IMG/VR virus record: IMGVR_UViG_3300009183_008543
Span: 64,001 to 128,000 of that record
From: a virus
Length of the DNA stretch: 64,000 nucleotides
Reading direction: 5' to 3' (one strand)
In this document: positions 46,817-56,928 of the stretch, piece by piece
Numbering within the stretch: the first letter of the stretch is position 1
Layout: each line of letters starts with the position of its first letter
Program-made: the position numbers and the translations under genes
The notes under the pieces: generated by a model
Databases searched by the model: none
The model's input: the letters and a program-made list of their open reading frames with translations, nothing else
Told to the model about the DNA's origin: nothing

Positions 46817-47436
46817 TTATATGTACTCTCAATAAAAGGAATTAATTGGTCTCTAATTTTATAGTGAAGATCGACTATTTCTTTGTCATTTATAAGAAAA
46901 TAATCATAAAGTTCGCTTCCCTCTGGTGCGTTTGGATCATTATGCATGATTTCGCCTTCTTTTTGAGTTTTTAAACACCATTCAATGATTGGTTTTATTT
47001 GAGACTCTGAAGGATTGGTGTCATTGTTGAAATAATTAGTGCGATACATGATAACATTGATACCTTCTCGCCCACGAATGTTTTTTGCCTCATTGATATA
47101 TCGACAATCAGAAACAATGAGTTGCTTGCCATCATCTCTTAAGGCTATATCAATCCATATATCGCTTACAATTTGGCGAAATCCATCGCCAACGAATTGT
47201 AACGCCTTGCGGATATTCATTTTCATTCCGGGCGGTGCTTCATCAATTCTTTTCCATTTTTCTAGAAAATCTCTATCGACATTGAATGCCCTACAAAATG
47301 TGTCTTTTACAGCGTTTGCAAATGCTCCTCTTTCCCATGTTCCGGTAGTTTGAACACGATTAAGTTCGATAGCCAAATAATCGGCTGCGGTATCTTTTCC
47401 CATAGCCAATTGCGATGCAAAACCAATAATTTTCAT
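46807..47436 (-). CDS. Deoxynucleoside monophosphate kinase (T4 gp1-like)
   Basis: IIGFASQLAMGKDTAA, AFANAVK, RKALQFVG, VSDCRYINE, PSE. Confidence 0.85.
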   Translation of the reverse strand: MKIIGFASQLAMGKDTAADYLAIELNRVQTTGTWERGAFANAVKDTFCRAFNVDRDFLEKWKRIDEAPPGMKMNIRKALQFVGDGFRQIVSDIWIDIALRDDGKQLIVSDCRYINEAKNIRGREGINVIMYRTNYFNNDTNPSESQIKPIIEWCLKTQKEGEIMHNDPNAPEGSELYDYFLINDKEIVDLHYKIRDQLIPFIESTYKCQ

Positions 47437-47534
47437 AATAAAATCCTCGTTGTTTTAGTAATCATAAATGATTTATAAATTTTTATCAACAGCCAAGTCT
47501 GTTTTTTATAACCAATTGTCACTTATAATTTCTT

Positions 47535-47807
47535 ATGATACCTATGAAAAAAATAGAACCAATATGTAAAAATTGTTTGCTTTACAATCATGAAAAAAAA
47601 GAATGTAAAGTTGCAGTTCTAATTAATGGCACTGAACACCATCTGCCAGTAGATAAAAATGATAGATGTCATATGGATGAACTTGGAATTGAAGTTCAGC
47701 AAGTCAGATGGTGGACAGAAGACAAGGATGGCAATCCAACAAAAGAAAACGGCATTGTTAAGATTGAATATCCACAGAATTTCTTCGGAAAACAAGAGAA
47801 TCAATAA
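47535..47807 (+). CDS. Hypothetical Cys-motif protein
   Basis: CKNC...C...C; TATAAT 5 nt before the ATG. Confidence 0.65.
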   Translation: MIPMKKIEPICKNCLLYNHEKKECKVAVLINGTEHHLPVDKNDRCHMDELGIEVQQVRWWTEDKDGNPTKENGIVKIEYPQNFFGKQENQ

Positions 47808-47810
47808 GTA

Positions 47811-48581
47811 ATGGCTTGTGAAGGTCCTTTTAAAAATGGCGTTGCAGGAGATCCAGTCTGTGGTTGCTCATGCTCAGATTCTAAATGTTGTCCACCACCA
47901 TGCTGCAGTAGTGTTAGTCTTTTTTTTGAATTAGGACCAGCTTATGACGAAATAGATTATCCCGAAGGATGTAAATGCGAAGATCCAACTCCGCCAGAAG
48001 AACCCGCACCATTACTAAGAGAATTATCTGAAAAAGAAAATTGGGAAACTATAAACATTGGATCTCATCTCATACCTTTTCCAAAATTTAAAAAAAAATC
48101 AAATAAAAATTCAGATAATTATGTTTTTGCTCTTGGGGGAAGCTGTTCAGTGCCATGCGAAGTGGTAGAAATTCAATTAACTGTTGATAGCTGTTGCATA
48201 GAAATAGTAGATGGAACAGAAGGGCAAACAAACTTTGATCCAGATGTGTCGTTAAGAATGGTTGGTGATGGCTTTGTATTTGCCACATATGATGCTGGTG
48301 ATTGCGAATTTGATTTAAAAATAAATGGCACAACAATAACCGCAGAAGAAGATAGTGTATTTGTTGCTGATGGAGATCCAATTGATGTTTCGCTTGAACC
48401 AAAAGGAATAAATGCAGATTGTTGTACACCCTGCTGGATTGACACCCAATGCACACCATCGAGCATTCTTGCTACAAAGGTCTTCTTTAGAGCTAGATCT
48501 GTGAAAAAGGGTGCAAAGGGCTATTTGAACATAGCAAAGCTAATTGAAAGAGTAAACAGGCTAAAGCGCAGAAAGTCTTGA
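47811..48581 (+). CDS. Cys-rich acidic protein, possibly structural
   Basis: CGCSCSDSKCCPPPCC N-terminus, beta-rich middle, basic C-tail. Confidence 0.7.
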   Translation: MACEGPFKNGVAGDPVCGCSCSDSKCCPPPCCSSVSLFFELGPAYDEIDYPEGCKCEDPTPPEEPAPLLRELSEKENWETINIGSHLIPFPKFKKKSNKNSDNYVFALGGSCSVPCEVVEIQLTVDSCCIEIVDGTEGQTNFDPDVSLRMVGDGFVFATYDAGDCEFDLKINGTTITAEEDSVFVADGDPIDVSLEPKGINADCCTPCWIDTQCTPSSILATKVFFRARSVKKGAKGYLNIAKLIERVNRLKRRKS

Positions 48582-50585
48582 TGCAACGCTTTTAATTTCT
48601 TTGACCAAATCTTCTTTAAGATTCAATATTTTTTTCAATTTAGCATCATCTAATTCGGCAACAGAATCAACATCTTTATATCCCAAATCGTATAACTTTG
48701 TTGCTCTAACTTTACCTACATTTGGCAACTGGCACAAATTTATAAGATGTGCTGGTACTCCATGTCTAATGCGACTTCCCAAATCCTTTAAAAATGACTC
48801 TTGACCCCATTTCCCACTCATAGAATCAAGTGCGACCAATATCTGCTGTATTCTTTCAAATTCGCTTTGCAAACTTCTTTGATATCCAGCCAAAGCTGTT
48901 ACATACGATCCATTCAACAAATTAAAATAACAAAAGGCAGATTTCTTGATTCCTTCTGTGAAAAATTTATATTCTGAGTAAAAATCTTTTTGTAGCCTCT
49001 TGTCGAACAAGCTCATTTCTTGTTTTTCTGCGTTGTTGACTATATTTGCTCTATTGGTATCAATTTTTGCCAAAGCCAAAGCAACATGCAAATCAGAGTT
49101 TTGTTTTTTTTCCTTAAATAAAAAATAAAAATTTCTACTGTAGTCAGCGATGTCAAACGGAGAGTAATAAAAAATGCTTGCTATTTTTCCAACACTAGAA
49201 ACTTCCAAATTACCATTATCATTATGAACAATTTTTCTATCGATCATTTCGACAAGCAATTCGCTGATATAGGTCTGATTAAGATTCCTTGCTTGAAAAC
49301 TAGCCAATGATCTTTCATACCACTTCTTAATGTCTGCAACATTTTCAATTGATCTGTGATGAATTTCACTAACCAAATGAAATGCGAGATTTCTTGGCTT
49401 CTCTAAGAGTTTAGAAGTAATGTTTTGTGGAGTATTCAATCTGTCACGATGTCTTTTTGCATTAGAGTTTGGCAATAAGATATAAGCATCGCCACGAGGA
49501 TCGATTCCTAATCGTCCTGATCTACCGACCATTTGAGTCACATTATAAGTTTCTACTTCATCCTTGCCACGATGAACTCCAAGTATAATCACACGCCTAG
49601 CAGGTGTATTAACTCCCCAAGCCAAAGTTGGAGTTGCAACAATAATTCTCAAGCCATCTTTTTTCTTAAATCTTCTTTCTAAATCAATTCTTTTCTCTTT
49701 GTCCAAATCTGCATTATGGAACTCTGAATCAATTGAATTGGCTTTCAATGTCCGAGTTATCAAATCACCAGTTCTTTTTGTGTGTGCAAAAACCAAAAAT
49801 TTATCATCGGGATAATCGTTTATAATATCCAAAGCTTTGTCGATCTTTGCCTTTTCTTCAATGTCATAAGAATAACAATGCTCATCATCGTAGTTTTCAT
49901 AGTGAATTCCCAAAGGCACTGGTCTATACTCAGAATTCAAAATATAAGTTTTCTTTTTATTGAGTTCACATAACCATTCTGCGATTTGACTCACATTTGG
50001 CATAGTTGCAGACAAAAGAACAATCCGACAATTTGGATTAATTTGAGTAAATTTCATCAATCCAACCTCAAGATGTTCGCCTCTTCCGGGAACTGTCAAA
50101 AGATGAGATTCGTCAATTACTAAAGTTCCTATTTCTTTCAGATAGGCACTTTTTTCAGAATTGATATTTCTTGCTCTATGGTTGAGCATTTCCGAAGTCA
50201 TGATGATTAGATTTGATTTCAACAATTCTTCTTGTCTTTTTTCGGTGATCCTATAATCACCTGTGCATATTGAAATATTCAAATCATGAAAATGATATGA
50301 CGAGTCTGTCCATTGGTCTATTTTTTCTTGAGCCAAGGCTTTTAATGGTGCAAGAAACATTCCTTTGCCACCACGCTTACGAATTTCTTGAGCCAAAAAC
50401 ATTTCGGCAATAACAGTTTTTCCAGCACTAGTTCTTGCGGAAACTAAAAAGTTAGCATCATTTTCAAAAACTTCAAAAATTCTACTTTGAACTGGATTGA
50501 AATTTTCATATTCCCATTTTGCGTATGGATATTTCGAACAAGGAACAAGATCCGTCTGATCTATTATTTGGATCAATTCGCTCAT
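48561..50585 (-). CDS. Ski2/Hel308-like SF2 helicase with C-terminal HhH
   Basis: FNPVQ, RTSAGKT, PLKALA, DESH, LSATMPN, RPVPL, TPTLAWGVN, QMVGRSGR, LPNVGKVRA. Confidence 0.9.
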   Translation of the reverse strand: MSELIQIIDQTDLVPCSKYPYAKWEYENFNPVQSRIFEVFENDANFLVSARTSAGKTVIAEMFLAQEIRKRGGKGMFLAPLKALAQEKIDQWTDSSYHFHDLNISICTGDYRITEKRQEELLKSNLIIMTSEMLNHRARNINSEKSAYLKEIGTLVIDESHLLTVPGRGEHLEVGLMKFTQINPNCRIVLLSATMPNVSQIAEWLCELNKKKTYILNSEYRPVPLGIHYENYDDEHCYSYDIEEKAKIDKALDIINDYPDDKFLVFAHTKRTGDLITRTLKANSIDSEFHNADLDKEKRIDLERRFKKKDGLRIIVATPTLAWGVNTPARRVIILGVHRGKDEVETYNVTQMVGRSGRLGIDPRGDAYILLPNSNAKRHRDRLNTPQNITSKLLEKPRNLAFHLVSEIHHRSIENVADIKKWYERSLASFQARNLNQTYISELLVEMIDRKIVHNDNGNLEVSSVGKIASIFYYSPFDIADYSRNFYFLFKEKKQNSDLHVALALAKIDTNRANIVNNAEKQEMSLFDKRLQKDFYSEYKFFTEGIKKSAFCYFNLLNGSYVTALAGYQRSLQSEFERIQQILVALDSMSGKWGQESFLKDLGSRIRHGVPAHLINLCQLPNVGKVRATKLYDLGYKDVDSVAELDDAKLKKILNLKEDLVKEIKSVASRLSAL

Positions 50586-50652
50586 AACATTATTTCTCTT
50601 AAGGTTGAATTGCACATGATAGCAAAAGCAGCTTTGTTGGGAAAGATAACAT

Positions 50653-51111
50653 TTAAAAATTGGTTTTATTTTCTTTTCTAATTTGCCAGATTTGCGAAAT
50701 GGTTTTGCCCAAAGATCCCATTTCCTCTTGGCTAAAGCTATTGCTCTTTACTTTATTACATGCCAAACAACAAAGAACAATATTATCAAGTGTGTAATCC
50801 TTATCACTATCAATGCGATCTACACCTAATGATTCAACCAACAATCCAATTTGTGAATATATTGATAAATTTAAAATTTCTGCTTCTGTGACACCACAAT
50901 AAAAACATTTTCTCACATGAGATTTTATCCATGTAAGAAATTCTTCTTGGGTGATAGCGACTTGAGGAGTTTTTTTTCTTTTTCTTTTGACGGAACAATT
51001 TGCTTGAATATTTTTATATTTCTGACAATCTTTGCATGTACGCATTTTTCCAGAACTATATCTCAATGTCAAATCATCGGTTTTACAAATAGGACAAGTC
51101 CAAATAATCAT
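50653..51111 (-). CDS. HNH endonuclease
   Basis: CFYCG...GVDRID...YTLDNIVLCCLACNKVKSN; N-terminal CxxC pairs. Confidence 0.85.
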   Translation of the reverse strand: MIIWTCPICKTDDLTLRYSSGKMRTCKDCQKYKNIQANCSVKRKRKKTPQVAITQEEFLTWIKSHVRKCFYCGVTEAEILNLSIYSQIGLLVESLGVDRIDSDKDYTLDNIVLCCLACNKVKSNSFSQEEMGSLGKTISQIWQIRKENKTNF

Positions 51112-51149
51112 TTATCTCCATCGTCTGGATATGATTATTTAGACTTGTC
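51093..51149 (-). promoter_or_regulatory. Hairpin sequestering the HNH RBS and ATG, with CTAAATA in the 5' arm
   Basis: GACAAGTCTAAATAATCAT...ATGATTATTTGGACTTGTC (19 bp) enclosing TCCA/TGGA over the GGAG. Confidence 0.8.
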
Positions 51150-51163
51150 TGCTATTAAATTTA

Positions 51164-51418
51164 TTAGCGGTGAATATCAAATCTTTTTTGATATTCACGA
51201 TTTACAGCTTCATGCATAGTGTCAACCATGCCATAAAAATCAAAGCATCCAGATGCTCCACCAAGCCATCTGTCGAGATCTTTGTTGTTTCCAACAAAAT
51301 TCAAGACTTCTGGAATGTCGCCTTGATACCTAAAATGAAGTCTACTATGAAGCACTTTTAGATTCTCATCAGAAAGCCTATAAAAGTATTCTTTTAAAAA
51401 ATGATCGATATTTTTCAT
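51164..51418 (-). CDS. Hypothetical protein
   Basis: 84 aa, GAGG RBS. Confidence 0.65.
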   Translation of the reverse strand: MKNIDHFLKEYFYRLSDENLKVLHSRLHFRYQGDIPEVLNFVGNNKDLDRWLGGASGCFDFYGMVDTMHEAVNREYQKRFDIHR

Positions 51419-51432
51419 ACTATACCTCAGAT

Positions 51433-51771
51433 ATGGAAAAGATTTTTAACCAAAAAAAGTTTGAAGAACTACTAGTCTCCAAATGGGCTGAGTTCTTAGA
51501 TGCTCCAAAATTATTGAAAACAATCAATGATTTAGTCCAAGAACATAAAAATAATTTCGACATTGTTCCCAATACATCATATAAACAAAAAGGAACACAA
51601 ATAATGATATCCAGATTCCAACTTACAAATAATGGATTCATTATATGGGTAGACTTTTTGGTTCCACTCGCAGAAAACAAAGTTGCCGTAGGAACTACCG
51701 AGTTGTTCCTACTATCTACAGGAATTCTAAGTCATTCCAAAACTTTAGGCAATATATACGATTGTATTTAA
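51433..51771 (+). CDS. Hypothetical protein
   Basis: 112-aa ORF filling the gap between divergent and convergent neighbours. Confidence 0.6.
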   Translation: MEKIFNQKKFEELLVSKWAEFLDAPKLLKTINDLVQEHKNNFDIVPNTSYKQKGTQIMISRFQLTNNGFIIWVDFLVPLAENKVAVGTTELFLLSTGILSHSKTLGNIYDCI

Positions 51772-52067
51772 ACTACATCCAATCTTCTTACATGGTCTCC
51801 ATCTTGATTGATAAAGCTGTCTTCTAGTATTAAAGATTTTTTATCATCTGCAAAACGAAGCCCTAAATTGAATGCATCAATACATGCTGTTCGATCATTT
51901 TGTGATGCCATAACCCAACAATAGTCATTTTTCTTTATAAATTTTCCTCTTTGGTTTTCTTGTGTTATTCCTATTTCTAATGTAACATTGTCCGGCAAAA
52001 GTAATTCAATTTTCCCATGCCTCATAAGATGCTCTACAATCATAGATTGTATTTTATTTTGGCTCAT
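51768..52067 (-). CDS. Hypothetical protein
   Basis: 99 aa, GAGGTG RBS. Confidence 0.7.
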   Translation of the reverse strand: MSQNKIQSMIVEHLMRHGKIELLLPDNVTLEIGITQENQRGKFIKKNDYCWVMASQNDRTACIDAFNLGLRFADDKKSLILEDSFINQDGDHVRRLDVV

Positions 52068-52087
52068 GATTACACCTCGTAAAATTT

Positions 52088-52558
52088 TTAAATGAAAAAA
52101 ACTTTGCTAGGAGGAATATAAAAGTATTTGAACCCATCATAGAAACGATGTGTATAGTCACCATCTTTACGAATTGGAGATTCAATCACCCTCTCCTCCT
52201 TGTTCAAACAAACTGTCCAACAATATATCTTTTTTTGTTGTTTATAGGTTTCTATGAGAAACAATTCATCATTTCCTAAAAACAACTTTGCAATCTTACA
52301 ATTAACAGAAATCGGCAAAAAGGTGCTATAGTCACCATAAAGCTGTAAAACATCCATATAATAATGTTCATAATCACATCTTTGGTAGTGAGCTACTACA
52401 GAATATCCATCAACGACATATTTTCTACTTTTAAAAATAAGTAGATCTTCTTCGTAAGCTTCTGAATTTTTAATGGGATAATTGTATGGAATCAAAATCT
52501 TTGAGAGATTTTTTAATTCTTGAATCGAACTTTTTATCTTTGTGATGTTGTCCGACAT
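52088..52558 (-). CDS. Hypothetical protein
   Basis: 156 aa, AAGGTG RBS. Confidence 0.7.
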   Translation of the reverse strand: MSDNITKIKSSIQELKNLSKILIPYNYPIKNSEAYEEDLLIFKSRKYVVDGYSVVAHYQRCDYEHYYMDVLQLYGDYSTFLPISVNCKIAKLFLGNDELFLIETYKQQKKIYCWTVCLNKEERVIESPIRKDGDYTHRFYDGFKYFYIPPSKVFFI

Positions 52559-52586
52559 ATATTCACCTTCTATGAAGGTATATATC

Positions 52587-53582
52587 CTAATCCAAGAACT
52601 TATCTTCTATAAATTTATTATTCAATAATGAATTTGAATCTTTTTCGAATTGAAAAACATCATGCTGTTGATGAAATTTGAAATCATTGCCAAACACTCC
52701 ATCAATCTCACATAATATATTCTGCTTCATACGCATAAAAAGCCATTCTTTTACCTCTTTTAGACCAGACGATAAGTTAGAATCATCATCAAATCTAAGC
52801 AATTCCATGACTTTATTGAAATCTAACCAAGCATAGCCAGTCATTTGGTTATTTTTTTCATAATTTTTCAATAATGGTAATTTGGAAGTAATATTTACAA
52901 AATGAAGAAGAAATAAAATGTAATTTTTTGCATCAAAATAATTTAAACAAGCAGATGCATCCATTATTCTAAATTCAATAGTCTGTCTTTTATTGTTTAC
53001 GAAATGATATGTATTAATCGAATAATATTTATGCATCCCAATTGAATTTATAAGTTTATTAGAACTAATAAGTGGGTGTTCAACTTCATCAACAATGTCG
53101 GAAAAAGACAATAACTGGCAATATCTATTTCTTTTTCTTTTAATTGGAACCATGTTTGCGAACACATATTCGCATTTAATCCACCAACTAATTACAGAAG
53201 CAACTTGATCAACAGAAAGATCGTGAACATCAACATGAACATGAAACGAACATCTTTCATCTGCTTTTATATTGCTGTCATTGCTAAAAGCATTGACAAC
53301 AGTAGATACTTTTCTCACTCCATCAATTCCCTTTAAAACTGGTGTGCATACTTCGATACCACAACTACTATCTGGCTTTAAAATCCAAGAATCATTATTG
53401 TGATTATTTCCCCACTTTTGAATAAACACCTTATCTTTGGCAACTTTTTGAACCAGCCAAGAAACATAAAAAATTCCTTTTGGCAAATTTCCCAATTCAT
53501 AATCAAATGGACGACTTCTGCCATCGAAGGCATTAATTTCTAACTCAACTCCAAAACGCCTTTTATTATTACAATTATTCAT
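52587..53582 (-). CDS. Putative amidoligase (COOH-NH2 ligase family)
   Basis: RRFGVELE, WILKPDSSCGIEVCTPVL, CSFHVHV, KYYSIN, TIEFR. Confidence 0.85.
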   Translation of the reverse strand: MNNCNNKRRFGVELEINAFDGRSRPFDYELGNLPKGIFYVSWLVQKVAKDKVFIQKWGNNHNNDSWILKPDSSCGIEVCTPVLKGIDGVRKVSTVVNAFSNDSNIKADERCSFHVHVDVHDLSVDQVASVISWWIKCEYVFANMVPIKRKRNRYCQLLSFSDIVDEVEHPLISSNKLINSIGMHKYYSINTYHFVNNKRQTIEFRIMDASACLNYFDAKNYILFLLHFVNITSKLPLLKNYEKNNQMTGYAWLDFNKVMELLRFDDDSNLSSGLKEVKEWLFMRMKQNILCEIDGVFGNDFKFHQQHDVFQFEKDSNSLLNNKFIEDKFLD

Positions 53583-53649
53583 GTTCACCTCATTGCCAAG
53601 TCAACGACATCTCTTTTATAATACAGTAACACCAAATCAAGGAGTTTCT

Positions 53650-54132
53650 ATGAATTATTTGATGATTGAATTGAAGGACAAAAGAAAATTTATTACAAAT
53701 AAAAAAAATTTGAGTAATTTAATCGAATTTTCCAAGACATTTAACGCAGATCTTTCAATAATAAGCACTGAGAGTAAAAATTCTCTATCACTAGAACAAT
53801 TGGCAAATGAAATTTGCGACACAAATCGCAAACAAGAAGAATTTGAATATAAAACAATTGAAACTTTGAACAAAAAAGAAACAAACCAAAGTAATTTAAT
53901 ATTTTCACATATAATAAAAACACTTCAAAGCAAAAAAGAAATAGATACAAATAAACTAATTGCAAAATTCAAAAAAAAAGGAATAGATGAAAAAAACATC
54001 TATTCCCAAATAACAAAAGCAAAAAACTACATCAAAAATATAGGAAAAACTTTAAAGAGGCTTGGAAAAACCAAATATAAAATTGATTATTCTTCTATCT
54101 CTGAATCAATTTCATCATCTATTCCTTCTTGA
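53650..54132 (+). CDS. Hypothetical basic protein, possible C-terminal winged helix
   Basis: AAGGAG before ATG 53650. Confidence 0.6.
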   Translation: MNYLMIELKDKRKFITNKKNLSNLIEFSKTFNADLSIISTESKNSLSLEQLANEICDTNRKQEEFEYKTIETLNKKETNQSNLIFSHIIKTLQSKKEIDTNKLIAKFKKKGIDEKNIYSQITKAKNYIKNIGKTLKRLGKTKYKIDYSSISESISSSIPS

Positions 54133-55295
54133 TTGGTTATGTCTGTTTCTATGACATCACCACCAATCTGGAATTCCATAGCTGCTTTAAATGGCTCCAA
54201 ATAATCAATTATATCTTGTTCAGATGCTGCATCAATAATCGATGGGCATTTGAGCAAGATTTCAAGAGGAATTTCATTCTTGTCTAAGGAGGCTTTGAAT
54301 TTAATTTCCTCACCATTGCTATAAGGCTCTGCAACGATGAAATTTCCAGCACTCTTGGCAATAATCCTATTTGCATCAAGCAAACAAGATAATAAGCCAC
54401 TAACAGGATTTATTCCGTGTTCAAAAAGCAATTGAATGTTTTCTGTTGAAATAAATGGTGTATGAGTCTTATTTTTAACATTTTTAACACGAATGTTAAT
54501 GCCAAGAATCTTGGTTTTTTTTGCACTAATTTTATATTCTATCTTCTTCATTGTCGATGTTTCTAATCGACACGAAGCATAAAACGGTAAAGCATTACCA
54601 CCACCAGCAGTTGTGGTTGGATTTCCATAAAGAACACCAATTTTTGAACGAGTCTGATTCAAAATGACAACAGTAGCATCATTCTTTTCCATAACTGTGT
54701 TCAATTTTCGGAATTCTCTAGAACAAATCTTAGCTCTTTCTCCGGGTTGCTCATGCCCACCAACAATGCGTTTGAAATCAGCTTTCGAAGCGTTCTCTGG
54801 AAGATTAACCTCTCTAAGCTCTCTAGCCGATGGACTTACGCCAATGGAGTCATAAACAATAGCAATCGGACATTCTTTTCTTTTTGATCGAACAAATTCA
54901 ATAGATTTATACATCTTCAAAAAGACATCTTCCAATGCTTGTGGAGTATGTCTGACGATTTTATTCAAATCGCAATGTGATGCTCGTTGAATAAATTCTT
55001 TATTAGCAGAATTCTCACAATCTTCCAAAATAGCAATTCCACCAGAACGCTGGCAACCGAACAAAACATTTGTTCCAATCAAAGATTTTGAACTAGATGA
55101 AGGACCATAAATTTCCGTAAGCTTACCGCCCGGAACTCCACCGCCCATAAACTTTCCACTACAAATATAATTGATTGCCAAATTTCCACTATCTACAAAA
55201 TATTTAACGCTATCAATTTCAGCCACAATATCGCCACCAGTTTCATTTGCTAAATCTTGGAAGAAATTATCTTCATCGACTTTTTTACGAGCCAT
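54087..55295 (-). CDS. recA: RecA/UvsX recombinase
   Basis: GGVPGGKLTEIYGPSSSSKS, IVYDS, ILNQTR, GGNALPFYAS, KNK; AAGGAG before ATG 55295. Confidence 0.92.
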   Translation of the reverse strand: MARKKVDEDNFFQDLANETGGDIVAEIDSVKYFVDSGNLAINYICSGKFMGGGVPGGKLTEIYGPSSSSKSLIGTNVLFGCQRSGGIAILEDCENSANKEFIQRASHCDLNKIVRHTPQALEDVFLKMYKSIEFVRSKRKECPIAIVYDSIGVSPSARELREVNLPENASKADFKRIVGGHEQPGERAKICSREFRKLNTVMEKNDATVVILNQTRSKIGVLYGNPTTTAGGGNALPFYASCRLETSTMKKIEYKISAKKTKILGINIRVKNVKNKTHTPFISTENIQLLFEHGINPVSGLLSCLLDANRIIAKSAGNFIVAEPYSNGEEIKFKASLDKNEIPLEILLKCPSIIDAASEQDIIDYLEPFKAAMEFQIGGDVIETDITNQEGIDDEIDSEIEE

Positions 55296-55329
55296 AGTAT
55301 CTCCTTTGTATATTATTTGAATATGATAA

Positions 55330-55361
55330 AGCGTGAACACACCCATAGATGCGTTCACGCT
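55330..55361 (-). terminator. Stem-loop (terminator or processing site) between ssb and recA
   Basis: AGCGTGAACGCATC-TATG-GGTGTGTTCACGCT then TTAT. Confidence 0.6.
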
Positions 55362-55373
55362 AAAAGTGATTGT

Positions 55374-56378
55374 TTAGATTCCGTCAAGTTGCTTCAAGAA
55401 ATCATCATCAGCAAGAGATTCATCTTCGCTAATAACACTCTTTGAAACCTTCTTGGATACAAGAACTTCTTCTCTGATGACATCAGAGCCAGTTATTACA
55501 GATTCTGCAGATTTTGCAGCAGCTTGAACTGGTGATTTGCTATAAAACTCATCGAGTTCTCCAGCTGAGTCACCTTCAACAACCATACCTGTATGAACAC
55601 GAAGACCATGTTTGATTTCTTCGGAAGTCTTCAGTTTTCTCAACGCAGACAAATCGTTAAGATTGCTGAACCAATTTTCCAATTCTTCTGGTGTTCCAGC
55701 AATAGACGCTTCCTCAAACTTTGAAAAATCATAGTTTGGATACTCTCTATTCCCACTTTTAACAACCTTCTTTACAAGCCTAAAATCACGACCAGTTGTT
55801 GGATGTGTGATATCGCCTAGTTCTTTTTCTCCAGCAGCCTCATCACCAGAAATTGCTCTCATAATCTTGCTATGAACTTGCTTGCCACAAGAATAAATCT
55901 TAGGTCCAACATTAGCTGCTGTAGCTTTATTCTTCGGATCAACCTCTGAACGCACAATTACATTGTAATAATAGCGTTCTATAGGCTTGAGTTCTCGTGC
56001 TTTGTTCTGAAGATTTTCCTGTTCTTTTCCAGAAAGACCTTCGGACTTCTGCCACAAGTCAGAATAGTACTTGCAAATAATACATTCGCCACGCCAAGCT
56101 TCTGCACCTTTGTCGTTTGGTGAAAGCTCTCTAGGGCAATGATAGGTTTTCTTTTGATTGGTCGTAGGATTTGTCAGCGTGTGAATTCTGGTCGCACAGT
56201 AGAGTCGATGACCTTTTTTCTTTGGAAGAAATCGCATCATTACGAATCCATCCCTATCTGGCATCTTAACAAACTTTTGAAGGTACTCGTTGTCAAGACC
56301 TCCACCGTTTTCTGAGCTAACTCGTTTAGCTTCTGCTTTAATTTCGTTAATGTCTAGTGGTTCGTAGTCAATTCCCAT
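55374..56378 (-). CDS. T4 gp32-like single-stranded DNA-binding protein
   Basis: RFLP, H...CP...CIIC zinc ligands, RYYYNVIVR, GRDFRL, YPNYDFSKF, acidic tail DDDFLKQL. Confidence 0.88.
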   Translation of the reverse strand: MGIDYEPLDINEIKAEAKRVSSENGGGLDNEYLQKFVKMPDRDGFVMMRFLPKKKGHRLYCATRIHTLTNPTTNQKKTYHCPRELSPNDKGAEAWRGECIICKYYSDLWQKSEGLSGKEQENLQNKARELKPIERYYYNVIVRSEVDPKNKATAANVGPKIYSCGKQVHSKIMRAISGDEAAGEKELGDITHPTTGRDFRLVKKVVKSGNREYPNYDFSKFEEASIAGTPEELENWFSNLNDLSALRKLKTSEEIKHGLRVHTGMVVEGDSAGELDEFYSKSPVQAAAKSAESVITGSDVIREEVLVSKKVSKSVISEDESLADDDFLKQLDGI

Positions 56379-56507
56379 AGTTCGCCTCGTAGTTAAAAGT
56401 TAAGTAGTTTAGACAACGAACAACTCGTTGTCTGACTTCGTTTATTAGTATCATTATCTAGAATTCATTGCAAGATTAATTTATAAAAAAAACTATTCTT
56501 TTAAAAA

Positions 56508-56927
56508 TTAAATATTGATGGGTGAATCTGGATTCTGCAATTTCTCTTCCGACTCAACAACTTCCTTGTGCATTGCTGCGAGTTTATCTTGCAAGTTTCC
56601 ATGTCCTTTGGATTCCAAATCTCCATTGAGATCATCTCTGCTTTGTCGTTCTTTTGAAAATTCTTCCTCTAATGCTTTCAATATTTGTTGATTTTTCAAA
56701 AGCTGCTCTTTGATTTTTGCGTCTCTATCTTCCATGGATTCATCTTTCTTTTTCATGTTGATAATGGGATTTTGTTTTGGCTGAACTAATTTTTCGAGCA
56801 TATATTTCTTGGATTCTTCTTTACGCTCTTTGCGTACAGCCTCACGCCTTAGTAAAACTTTTACTTTAGACTTCTTTTCTCGCTCTTTACGCTTTTTTGC
56901 AATCTTTTCTTCTTTCTTCATGATCAT
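56508..56927 (-). CDS. Basic coiled-coil hypothetical protein
   Basis: Lys/Arg/Glu-rich 139 aa. Confidence 0.65.
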   Translation of the reverse strand: MIMKKEEKIAKKRKEREKKSKVKVLLRREAVRKERKEESKKYMLEKLVQPKQNPIINMKKKDESMEDRDAKIKEQLLKNQQILKALEEEFSKERQSRDDLNGDLESKGHGNLQDKLAAMHKEVVESEEKLQNPDSPINI

Positions 56928-56928
56928 C

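Noticed and set aside
55080-55110. Inactive RecA because the Walker A reads GPSSSSKS
   Set aside because: Phage UvsX proteins tolerate a non-Gly before the Lys, and the other motifs are intact.
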